64,000 bases of DNA from Eggerthellaceae bacterium. GTDB taxonomy: Bacteria; Actinomycetota; Coriobacteriia; Coriobacteriales; Eggerthellaceae. Shown here piece after piece: positions 8,830-17,250 of the stretch (the stretch's first letter is position 1; each line of letters starts with the position of its first letter). The position numbers and the translations under genes are program-made. The stretch spans positions 209,119-273,118 of the forward strand of contig JAAVZC010000014.1 of NCBI GenBank assembly GCA_022791455.1, written 5' to 3'. The notes beneath the pieces were generated by a model that ran no database searches, was not told where the DNA came from, and saw only the letters and a list, made by a program, of their open reading frames with translations.

Positions 8830-8868
8830 GTTGTTTAGTATTTTACAACACATTAAATTACACATCAA
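8830..8868 (-). promoter_or_regulatory. Sigma70-type promoter of the TA operon with overlapping inverted repeat
   Basis: TTGATG (8868-8863), 17 nt, TAAAAT (8845-8840); GTTGT...ACAAC inverted repeat spans the -10. Confidence 0.65.
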
Positions 8869-8974
8869 GTCAACCGCACGAACGTGCGCGGGTCGCAATA
8901 AAGCTCCGCGCAAGAAATGCGGCGCACGGTGCGGGCTCCTACTGCGGAATCTCTCGGAAAATCGTGGGGTTTTG

Positions 8975-9099
8975 CCTAGGTGGCTGGAATACCGCGTTAT
9001 TCCAGCCACTTCGTTACAGCCGTTTGACCTGGGAAAACGCCTGAAAAATGCCTATTTCCGCAGGTCAGAAGCTGGCTGGAATAGTACGGAAATCCAGCT
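8975..9099 (+). repeat. Family A composite palindromic element
   Basis: CCTAGGTGGCTGGAATA..TTCCAGCCACTTC..TGACCTGGG..CAGGTCAGAAGCTGGCTGGAATAGT..ATCCAGC. Confidence 0.88.
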
Positions 9100-9308
9100 A
9101 ACCCCCATTTTCGCGTTTTATCCCCATGGTGCATTTCGGGCGATTCCGTTACCAATGCGCATATTGAAACGGAACGCATGCCGTTTGCGCATGGTTCGCC
9201 AATCGGACTAGGCATTTGCGTTCCGGGGGCTGGTGGCGCAAAATTAGTCGCACACTCTGAAGGCTTGGGTGCCGCGCAATTTCGCAGGAGAATCACGAGG
9301 GAGGTCGC

Positions 9309-9605
9309 ATGCGTTATCGCGATCTGGGCAAAACGGGACTGAAAGTGAGCGAGGTTGGCTTCGGGCCGGGATGGATGAAGAAGTCTCCGGAGCAGACACG
9401 CGAAGTGGCGGAGACGCTGCGGCAAGCCGGCGTGAACATTCTGGACTGTTGGATGTCGGTTCTGGAAAGCGTTCGTGCCCACTACGAGGCGCTGGCAGCC
9501 CACGCCGGCGACTGCATCGGCTGCCAGCTGTGCGAGCCCCGCGGCCCCTTCGGCGCCCCCATAGCCGCCCGCACGCAAGAAACCGCCCAGCTGTTCGGCG
9601 AATAA
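9309..9605 (+). pseudogene. Aldo/keto reductase with C-terminal 4Fe-4S motif, internally deleted
   Basis: AKR N-terminus MRYRDLGKTGLKVSEVGFG...ILDCWMS joined directly to the C-terminal HY...AGDCIGCQLCEPRGPF; only 98 aa. Confidence 0.75.
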
Positions 9606-9650
9606 CGCCGCTCGCGCCTGCCGACACTCGCTCTTTCGGAAAGGGAGCCC

Positions 9651-10535
9651 ATGGAGATCCGCCTGCTTCGGTCGTTTTTGACCATCGCCAACGAAGGCAG
9701 CATCACGCGCGCGGCCCAGCTGCTCCACGTGACGCAGCCCGCCCTCAGCCGCCAGCTGGCATTGCTGGAAGACGAATTGGGCGTCGAGCTGTTCTCTCGC
9801 GAAAAGCGCGCCCTGACGCTCACCAGCGAGGGGCTGCTGCTGAAGCGGCGCGCCGAGGAAATCGTGCAGCTGGTTGACATCACCGAAGCCGAGATGAAGA
9901 GCCCTGAAGGGGACCTGGAGGGCTCCATCTCCTTCGGCGTGGGTGAGCTGGCGTCGAACAGCATCGTGCTCAACGAGGTCCAGGCATTCTCCCGCATCCA
10001 TCCGCACGTGGCGTTCAGCTTCCTCGCGGGCGTGGCGGACCAGGTAACCGAGCGCCTCGACCAGGGGCTGCTCGACTTCGGCATTCTGCTGGAGCCGGTG
10101 AACAAAGACCGGTACTCTTTCATGCGCCTTCGCCACCAAGAGCGCTGGGTGGCCGTCGTTACGCCCGACGATCCGCTCGCCCGCAAGGGATTCGCCGAGA
10201 AAAAAGATCTTGCCGGGCGCCCGCTTATCCTGCCAAGCCGCGCCAGCGTCCGCAATGAGCTGGCCCAGTGGTTCGGAAAGTCCTACCGGGATCTGGATGC
10301 CCGGTTCTCCGTCAACTTGGGAAACACCGTGACCGAGCTCCTGGAGCGCCAGATGGGAACAGCGATTTGCGTCGAGGGAACCTCCCGCGCCTGGGATCCT
10401 TCCCGGTTCTGCAGCGTTCCGCTTAAGCCTGCGCTGTCCAGCGAAGCCGTGCTGGCCTGGAAGCGCGATGTGGCCCAAACCGCTGCCGTAACCGCGTTTC
10501 TCGAGCATCTCGAAGGCAACCTGGCCACGGAATAG
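9651..10535 (+). CDS. LysR-family transcriptional regulator
   Basis: GSITRAAQLLHVTQPALSRQLALLEDELGVELF HTH plus substrate-binding domain. Confidence 0.95.
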   Translation: MEIRLLRSFLTIANEGSITRAAQLLHVTQPALSRQLALLEDELGVELFSREKRALTLTSEGLLLKRRAEEIVQLVDITEAEMKSPEGDLEGSISFGVGELASNSIVLNEVQAFSRIHPHVAFSFLAGVADQVTERLDQGLLDFGILLEPVNKDRYSFMRLRHQERWVAVVTPDDPLARKGFAEKKDLAGRPLILPSRASVRNELAQWFGKSYRDLDARFSVNLGNTVTELLERQMGTAICVEGTSRAWDPSRFCSVPLKPALSSEAVLAWKRDVAQTAAVTAFLEHLEGNLATE

Positions 10536-10589
10536 CGATGGCCAGGGAACACCGCCCCTGCCATCCCTTGGCTCGTCACGGCCGCACAT

Positions 10590-10612
10590 ATCCATGCATT
10601 TAATGCATGGAT
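10590..10612. promoter_or_regulatory. LysR-type T-N11-A operator upstream of the flavodoxin gene
   Basis: Perfect 11-1-11 palindrome ATCCATGCATT-T-AATGCATGGAT. Confidence 0.7.
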
Positions 10613-10696
10613 TACTATGCTTTATAACAATTTGATTATTGAATGTTTTGCCCTCAAAATGGGGTCATATTGAGCTTCGCATAGATTGGAGGCCCC

Positions 10697-11410
10697 ATGT
10701 CCAAAGCATTCATGACCCGTCGCGCCTTTTTGGGCTTCGCGGGAGTAGCGTCCGCCAGCTTGATTTTGGGAGGCTGCAGCGCAGAAGCGCCGGTTGAGGC
10801 ACCGGTCGAAGCTGAGCCGAGTAGCGGCGAAAGCGCTCAGTCGTCCCCCACCCCGGAAACCGCCGCCCCCAGCGCAAGCAGCGCAAACGAGCCCCAGACA
10901 GCCCCGCAGGAGGAAACGCCGATGCCAGCCGAAAGCAAAATTCTCGTCGCCTATTTCTCGAACACCGGAAACACCAAGGCGGTGGCCGAGAAGCTGGCCG
11001 CCGTCACCGGCGGCACGCTGTTCGCCATCGAAGCCGCCGAGCCCTACACCGCTGCCGACCTGGACTACAACGACGACTCGGCTCGCTGCATGATCGAACT
11101 GAACGATCCCACCTCGCGCCCGGCCATCGCGAACACCGTGCCCGATTGGGACAGCTACGACACCGTATTCGTGGGCTACCCCATCTGGTGGAGCCGCACG
11201 CCTCCCATCATGGAGACCTTCGCGGAATCCTACGACTGGGCTGGCAAAACCGCCATCCCCTTCTGCACCTCCGGCTCGAGCAGCATCGGCCAAAGCGCAT
11301 CCGTCCTTGCAGAGGAGACTCCCGGCGCCATGTGGCTGGCCGGCCAGCGATTCTCTACCAGCGTGACCGAAGCCGATCTGGAGAGCTGGGTGGCCAGCCT
11401 GGGAATTTAA
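10697..11410 (+). CDS. Flavodoxin with Tat-lipoprotein signal and Pro/Ala-rich linker
   Basis: MTRRAFL...LGGC; FMN loop AYFSNTGNT; VGYPIWW; PFCTSGSS. Confidence 0.9.
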   Translation: MSKAFMTRRAFLGFAGVASASLILGGCSAEAPVEAPVEAEPSSGESAQSSPTPETAAPSASSANEPQTAPQEETPMPAESKILVAYFSNTGNTKAVAEKLAAVTGGTLFAIEAAEPYTAADLDYNDDSARCMIELNDPTSRPAIANTVPDWDSYDTVFVGYPIWWSRTPPIMETFAESYDWAGKTAIPFCTSGSSSIGQSASVLAEETPGAMWLAGQRFSTSVTEADLESWVASLGI

Positions 11411-11577
11411 CCGGCCCGGGCACCGCAAGGCTTCATGCTCGCCACGCATCCTTCCTTGCCAAATGAGCATTTGCCACGCGACACGTTAAGGCGCAGAATT
11501 GATCACGTGAGAATTCCGAGGCGGAGTCGGGGCACGCTCCCGACCCCGCCTCGACCACCCTGAGAACAGGAGCAGCT

Positions 11578-12015
11578 ATGAGCCAGAACAACCCCGCTAC
11601 CCTCGAGGAATTCGCCGCAACCATCATCTTCCCTGTTGGACAGCCCAACGATGCGTACGCGCAGTACTTCAGCGGCCGCAGCTGGCTGGCGCCGCTCACG
11701 GCCGAGCAGGTGCCCACCTCTAACGTCACCTTCGAGCCGGGCTGCCGTAACAACTGGCACATTCACCATGCCGCGCAGGGCGGCGGCCAGATGCTCATTT
11801 GCGTGGGCGGGCGCGGCTACTACCAGGAGTGGGGGCAGCCGGCCGTGGAGATGACACCAGGCAGCGTGGTGAACATCCCCGCCGGCGTGAAGCATTGGCA
11901 CGGCGCCGCGCCCGACAGCTGGTTCGCCCACCTGGCGCTGACCGTCCCCGGCACCGACTGCAGCAACGAATGGCTGGAACCGGTAACCAACGAGCAGTAC
12001 AGCCAACTGAGCTAG
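11578..12015 (+). CDS. Cupin-domain protein
   Basis: VTFEPGCRNNWHIHH and IPAGVKHWHGA cupin motifs. Confidence 0.9.
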   Translation: MSQNNPATLEEFAATIIFPVGQPNDAYAQYFSGRSWLAPLTAEQVPTSNVTFEPGCRNNWHIHHAAQGGGQMLICVGGRGYYQEWGQPAVEMTPGSVVNIPAGVKHWHGAAPDSWFAHLALTVPGTDCSNEWLEPVTNEQYSQLS

Positions 12016-12053
12016 CGGCTTCCGGCCCCCTCTCCCCTTCCGGAGCACATCCT

Positions 12054-12241
12054 TGTCACAAAATCGCACCGAGTGGCACTGGCGACGACCGCCGTTTGCC
12101 ATTCGGCGCGTTTTTGTGACAGCTGCCTGACCAGGCACAATCCGGGAAATCCCTGATCAACCTACCAATTTTTCATGTCAAAAAACCTCGCCGAATGGCA
12201 CGGCAACCCCGCGACGCGTGCCACTCGGTGTGCTTTTGACG
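12054..12241. repeat. Two adjacent REPIN-like hairpins built from a ~25-bp unit (family D)
   Basis: Unit TGTCAcAAAA..CGCRCCGARTGGCA in inverted pairs at 12054-12121 and 12176-12241. Confidence 0.75.
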
Positions 12242-12273
12242 CTCGGGGCGCAAAACTTCTGATATTCGCAGCT

Positions 12274-12404
12274 TTTTGCCTAGGTGGCTGGAATAGCGCG
12301 TTTTTCCAGCCACTTCATTTTAAGCTTCTGACCTGGGTAAACTTCCGAAAATCAACCATTTCCGCAGGTCAGAAGCTGGCTGGAATAGTGCGGTAATCCA
12401 GCCA
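12274..12404 (+). repeat. Family A composite palindromic element
   Basis: Closely similar to 8975-9099. Confidence 0.88.
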
Positions 12405-12493
12405 TCGGCACCGGAGCAGCGCCTCCGGACCGCAGAGGGGGCGGGACGGCGCCCCACAAGACGCCGCCCCGCCCGACAAGACGCCGCCCTGCG

Positions 12494-14365
12494 CTACAGC
12501 TCTACTGAGTTGACGAGTTTCATGAGGTCGCTTTGGTTGTGGACGTCTACTTTGCGGTAGATGTGGCGGATGTGGGTTTTCGCGGTGCCCTCGGAGATGA
12601 ACAGCTTCTCCTGGATGTAGGTGCTCTTGAAGCCGCGGGCCAGGTAGAACAGCACCTCAGTCTCGCGGCGGGAGAGCATGAAGGTATCCGCCACCGCTTC
12701 GCACTTCTTCCTGAAGCGGCCCACCTTGGCCTCGCCATCGCCCTCCGGATGGGCCGCGCGGGGCTACTCCATGGCCAGACGCGCCGCCGAAGGGGTCGGG
12801 GTCGAAGCCGGACGGTCGGAAGCCGGCTCCGAAACGCTAGGCGCACCCGCCGCTGCAGTCCCACCCTGCAAGTCAGCACTCGCATCCGGCACCGCCGCAG
12901 TCGCCAAGCCTGCCGCGAACCCAGCGCCGGCCGCTGCGGCCATCTGACGGCGCACGGCCGCTTCTTCTTCGTCATCCAGAAGGCCGGCCACCAGGCTGCC
13001 CGCCTCTGCATCTCCGCCATCGATGCCAATCACCGCATCTCGCTGCGCCTCGGTCAGGCGCTGGGCGGCCGCCGCAGAAAACTCCTGATCGAGTTCCCGC
13101 CGCGCGGACTCCACCTCGGCGCGCATCTTCGGGTTCATGCGCACCAGGTTGCGAATTTCCTTCTCGTCCGGCAGCGGCGAAAACGCGAACATCATCATGA
13201 CCACCAGCAGCAGAATCACAATGCCGGAGCCAAACGACGACTCCGCCACCACGCCATTGCTCAAAATGGGCAACAGCGACCCCGCCAAAGCACCCAGGCC
13301 CAACAGGCCGCGACCCAGACCGTACACGAACACGGCCGGCAGGCGGAAACGCTCGGACAGCTGCCCGAAGAAGATCCACATCATGGCCTCGAAGGTCATG
13401 TAGCCCATCAGCAGAATGCCCGTGGCCCACACCGAATCGCTCCCCGACGCCACCGGAATGAACAGCGCCGTAATGGCAATGAACGGAATGAGCGGCCGGA
13501 AGAAGCTGTGCAGGGGCGCGTTGTCCCCCATCACCAGGAACACCGTCAGCAGGAGCAGCGTGGCGAAGAACGCCGTCACGAACATGAAAGAAAGATCGCT
13601 GGCCGTGGCGCCCGTGAACACCGACGACACCGACGACTGCCGCATAATGCCCAGCGCGAAACCCAGAAACAGCACCGGCAGCCCGAAGCGCATCACGAAC
13701 CCGGATACGTTAATGGGCAGCGCCGAGCTGAGCACGCCGTTGGGGCCGTCTTGGGGCCGCGTGGTCTTCAAGCGGTAGAGCATGGCCGCCTCTGCCAGCG
13801 GAATCGCCGCCGAAATAGTGGCGCCCACTGGGTACGGCAACTGATGGATGACATAGGAGTAAATGGCGAAGCCCACCATAATGGCCAGCGCGCCGTTGAT
13901 GGCGATGGTGGTACCCTCGCGGTTCGAGAACGCCACGCCCCACGCCAGCAGCAGCATGGTGGAGCCAACACCGGTCAAAAGGCCGGAAATCGCCTGGATC
14001 CACGCGGACAGCGGACCAGCTTCCGGCGGAATCAGCAGCAGCGTGCCGATACACGTGACAATCGCGCAGGTCACCAACGTGGAGGTGCGCCACATAAGGT
14101 TCGCCGCGCGCGAAGCCATGGAAGCGCACACCAGAAGCAGCAGGCTATAGACAATAATCGAAACGATGTAGGCCAGGCTCATGCCCTCGTTAAAGAAGCC
14201 GAACCCCACCGGCGCAATGCCGAAAACCGACCCATCGTCGAACATGGTGCTGTAGATCCAGGCCTGGTGCATGCCGTAACCCACCGACATGAGCCCCAAT
14301 TTACCAATGGCCTGGTGGTTGCCCCACTCCACTTTAACCATGACGCGTGGCGAACTAACCTTCAT
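12494..14365 (-). pseudogene. Multi-TM LuxR regulator interrupted by one in-frame TAG before the HTH
   Basis: ORFs 12764-14365 and 12494-12724 are in the same frame and read ...RLAME*PRAAHPEGDGEAKVGRFRKKC...LSRRETEVL. Confidence 0.85.
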
Positions 14366-14531
14366 TCACTCACCCTCCGTTTTGCTCGTCAATGTGCGGC
14401 GAGCATCCTCTTCCTTGCGGGAAGAGACTACCCCTTAGCGCCGTCATCTTATCATACGGAGCGGATGATTCCGCGGCCGTTGCCGCAGGTGGGAATGGGA
14501 AGCGAGGAGGTCAGCTTTGCCCTGAACTGGG

Positions 14532-14575
14532 GAGATCCTTCGACTCCGGCCTTCGGCCTCCGCTCAGGATGACAA
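14532..14575. repeat. Family B REP (GTCATCCTGAGCG...GAAGGATCT type), single unit
   Basis: GAGATCCTTCGACTCCGGCCTTCGGCCTCCGCTCAGGATGACAA. Confidence 0.9.
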
Positions 14576-14640
14576 AGGGGGTGGGGGCGCTGCGGCTTCC
14601 GCCCGGGGTGGCGCAGGGAGGCAGGGCCAAGAAGACAGCT

Positions 14641-14681
14641 AAAAAAGAAGGGCCGGCCCACTGGTGTCTGGGTCGGCCCTT
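14641..14681 (-). terminator. Intrinsic terminator
   Basis: Minus strand AAGGGCCGACCCA...TGGGCCGGCCCTT then CTTTTTT. Confidence 0.75.
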
Positions 14682-14693
14682 GGGTTGGCGGCT

Positions 14694-15158
14694 TTAGGCC
14701 ACCGTCACCACGACGCTGTAGAAGCGGTCGAGGGTGGTGGAACCATCGCCCTTCGACGCCCCGTCGTAGGTGGTGTGCGTGCCGGCAGCCTGGTCGGCGG
14801 GGTCGTACACCGCGATGGTGTAGTTCTTCCCCTGCAGGTAGTCGCCCAGAGTGGTCACGTCGTAGTTGTGGATGGCATCCAGGCCGGTCTGGTTCTCAGA
14901 AGAAACCACGGCCTCGGCCAGCACCGCGTCGGCCGTGCTGCCCTCGGGGAGGAACATCAGGTCGGTGCGGATGGTGCCGCCCTGCGCGGTCTCGTCGACC
15001 GTGCAAACTACCTCAATGACACCCTGGCCGTCCGCATTGCCCGCGTCCTCGTTGTGCACATGGTAGAAACCATAGGCAGTGGAGGTCAGCAGAGCAGCGC
15101 ACAGGCAGGCCAGAAACGCCGCGGCAAGAGTCTTCTTGCCAAGCTTCACGTTGGTCAT
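14694..15158 (-). CDS. Secreted/membrane-anchored hypothetical protein
   Basis: MTNVKLGKKTLAAAFLACLCAALL signal-like N-terminus; RBS; typical codon usage. Confidence 0.8.
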   Translation of the reverse strand: MTNVKLGKKTLAAAFLACLCAALLTSTAYGFYHVHNEDAGNADGQGVIEVVCTVDETAQGGTIRTDLMFLPEGSTADAVLAEAVVSSENQTGLDAIHNYDVTTLGDYLQGKNYTIAVYDPADQAAGTHTTYDGASKGDGSTTLDRFYSVVVTVA

Positions 15159-15416
15159 TTGAGCACCTCTTTTCTCATGAAGTGAGGAGCTCCGCTCTTC
15201 GCAACGCGCTGGCGGCATTATGGGCCGCCCACGCCCCCCGGTCAAGGGGAAACGGCCGGAAATAACCCCCGCGAACGGGCATTTCAGTCGCAGAGGATGA
15301 TACGGCCCGCGCAATTCGCCCGCAAATTGAGCCGCCGCGTATGAGGAGCCGCCGAATCCGCTTCCTATAATTTCTGCCCGAAGAGGAAGGCCCCACGCTA
15401 CCAAGGAGGACATCTT

Positions 15417-16292
15417 ATGACAGATGCCACTACCGACGATCTGCTGGCCGACGACCTGAGCTTCGACCTGTATGGCGAAGAGGAGGACTTCGACCCTCTG
15501 GAGATCGACTACAACGACATCGACCAAGAAGAAATGGACGATGACAACCCCTACGACACCATAGACTACCCCACCATGCGCAACATGCCGGAGGAGTCGC
15601 ACCACCACGACCCGGTCTACAGCCCCGCCAGCCAGGGCAGCGCGCAGGCGGCCGTGAAGCTGATGCTGAAGCGCAACCCCGCCCGTCGTCCCGTGCTGCT
15701 GTCCATCATGGGCCTGTGCGCCGGCGGCTGCGCCTCGAGCGTGGTGACCGAGCGCGTGACCGAGTGGCAGAAGGACAACCTGTCCGTGTACGCCCCCATG
15801 ACGCTCTGCCGCATGCTGGAGCGCGCCGGTGCCCTGGAGCTGGAGATGCCGGAGGTGTCCGAAGAGCACGAAGTGGTGGAAGACGGCGTGGTGTACCTGG
15901 AGATCACCGACTCGGTGGACCCGGTGTGGCACACTACTGAAGCCGGCCAAGAGGTGTACGAGGAATGCACCCAAGGCGCCGAGTTCCGCGAGCTGGTGCT
16001 GGTGAAAGAAGCTCGCTACCTGGAGGTGTACCGCTGTGTGATGGAGCGCATCGCCGCCGAGCCCCGCACCAAGCAGGACATCGAGGACTTCGTGGCCACC
16101 TTCCCCGTGTGCCAGAAGCCCCTGCGCTTCGGCAACCACTTCCTGGACATCCTGGAGGCCACCGACGCCATCCGCTGGAGCGATCACGCCTGGCGCATGA
16201 CCGACTTGGGCCTTTCCCTCATCGACGAGGTGCGCGAAGCGGAAGCTGCCGCCAACGCCGCCGATGCCGATTCCGACTCCCCCGCCGCTTAA
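15417..16292 (+). CDS. Acidic hypothetical protein co-transcribed with the TorD chaperone
   Basis: 291 aa, D/E-rich N-terminus, AAGGAG RBS, 13 bp before the torD-like gene. Confidence 0.85.
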   Translation: MTDATTDDLLADDLSFDLYGEEEDFDPLEIDYNDIDQEEMDDDNPYDTIDYPTMRNMPEESHHHDPVYSPASQGSAQAAVKLMLKRNPARRPVLLSIMGLCAGGCASSVVTERVTEWQKDNLSVYAPMTLCRMLERAGALELEMPEVSEEHEVVEDGVVYLEITDSVDPVWHTTEAGQEVYEECTQGAEFRELVLVKEARYLEVYRCVMERIAAEPRTKQDIEDFVATFPVCQKPLRFGNHFLDILEATDAIRWSDHAWRMTDLGLSLIDEVREAEAAANAADADSDSPAA

Positions 16293-16305
16293 AGGAGGCT
16301 TTGAA

Positions 16306-17031
16306 ATGACTGACGAGAAGATCATCGACGGACAGGAAGAAGTCTCCGAAGAGGTAGATCTGGTTGAGCTGATGAACGCCCGCGCCCAGGGCTACGGCAT
16401 GCTGGCGCGCCTGCTGCGCGTGGAAGTGGACGCCGACACCCTGAAAGAGCTGCAGGGCATGCGCTTCCCCACCGCCACCGGCAACGCGAAGGCAGATGAG
16501 GGCTATCGCCAGATGTTCGAATACCTGCGCCGCGCCTGGGACGACTCCGTGACCGAGCTGGCCATCGACTTCGTGCGCACCTTCATCGGCCACGGCGTGA
16601 ACGGCTACTCCGCCGCCTACCCCTTCGAGAGCGTCTACACCTCTGAACGCCGGCTGCTGATGCAGGAGGCGCGCGCTGAAGTGCTGGCCACCTTCCGCGA
16701 GAACAACCTGAAGAAGGATCGCTGGACCGAAGGCGAGGACCACATTGCGCTGGAGCTGGAGTTCATGCAGCGCATGAGCCTGCGCACCGCCGAGGCGCTG
16801 GAAGCCGGCAACGACGACGAAGCGGTGGAGCTGGTGCGTCGCCAGTACACCTTCTTGGAAGATCACCTCATGAACTGGGTTCCCATGTTCGTGAGCGACA
16901 TGCGCATGTTCGCGAAGACCCTCTTCTACCAGGGCGTTGCCCAGCTGCTAATGGGTCATCTGGAAGAAGACGAAGCAGTGCTTGCCGCCCTGCTGGACAG
17001 CGTCGCCGAAAACGAGCCCAGCGCCGAATAA
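16306..17031 (+). CDS. TorD/DmsD-family molybdoenzyme maturation chaperone
   Basis: YPFESVY and EGEDHIALELEFM motifs; FLEDHLMNWVP. Confidence 0.9.
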   Translation: MTDEKIIDGQEEVSEEVDLVELMNARAQGYGMLARLLRVEVDADTLKELQGMRFPTATGNAKADEGYRQMFEYLRRAWDDSVTELAIDFVRTFIGHGVNGYSAAYPFESVYTSERRLLMQEARAEVLATFRENNLKKDRWTEGEDHIALELEFMQRMSLRTAEALEAGNDDEAVELVRRQYTFLEDHLMNWVPMFVSDMRMFAKTLFYQGVAQLLMGHLEEDEAVLAALLDSVAENEPSAE

Positions 17032-17055
17032 CCTTACATTCCCCCTCCCCTCCTC

Positions 17056-17135
17056 GTCATCCTGAGCGCAGCGAAGGATCTTACCCAGCCGGAGAGATCC
17101 TTCGACTCCGCGCTTTGCGCTCCGCTCAGGATGAC
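17056..17135. repeat. Family B REP doublet (inverted pair)
   Basis: GTCATCCTGAGCGCAGCGAAGGATCT ... AGATCCTTCGACTCCG...CGCTCAGGATGAC. Confidence 0.9.
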
Positions 17136-17202
17136 AATGCAAGGGCCGTTTCTCCCCTCCCCCCCATCCCTCCTCCTCCGGAAACGGCCCTTCTCTCTCA
17201 AC

Positions 17203-17235
17203 AAAAAAGGCCCTGCTCAGCAGGGCCTTTCGTTT
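17203..17235. terminator. Bidirectional terminator between torD-like and glnA
   Basis: AAAAAAGGCCCTGCT-CAG-CAGGGCCTTTCGTTT. Confidence 0.8.
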
Positions 17236-17250
17236 GCTTCCGGAACTAAG

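Noticed and set aside
11517-11553. Strong hairpin just upstream of the cupin RBS
   Set aside because: No U-tract and a single occurrence; likely an ordinary intra-operon stabiliser.
12764-12766. Pyrrolysine/selenocysteine recoding as the main explanation of the internal stop
   Set aside because: The codon is TAG in a low-complexity linker, not an active site, and no pyl genes are in the window; kept only as a minor alternative.
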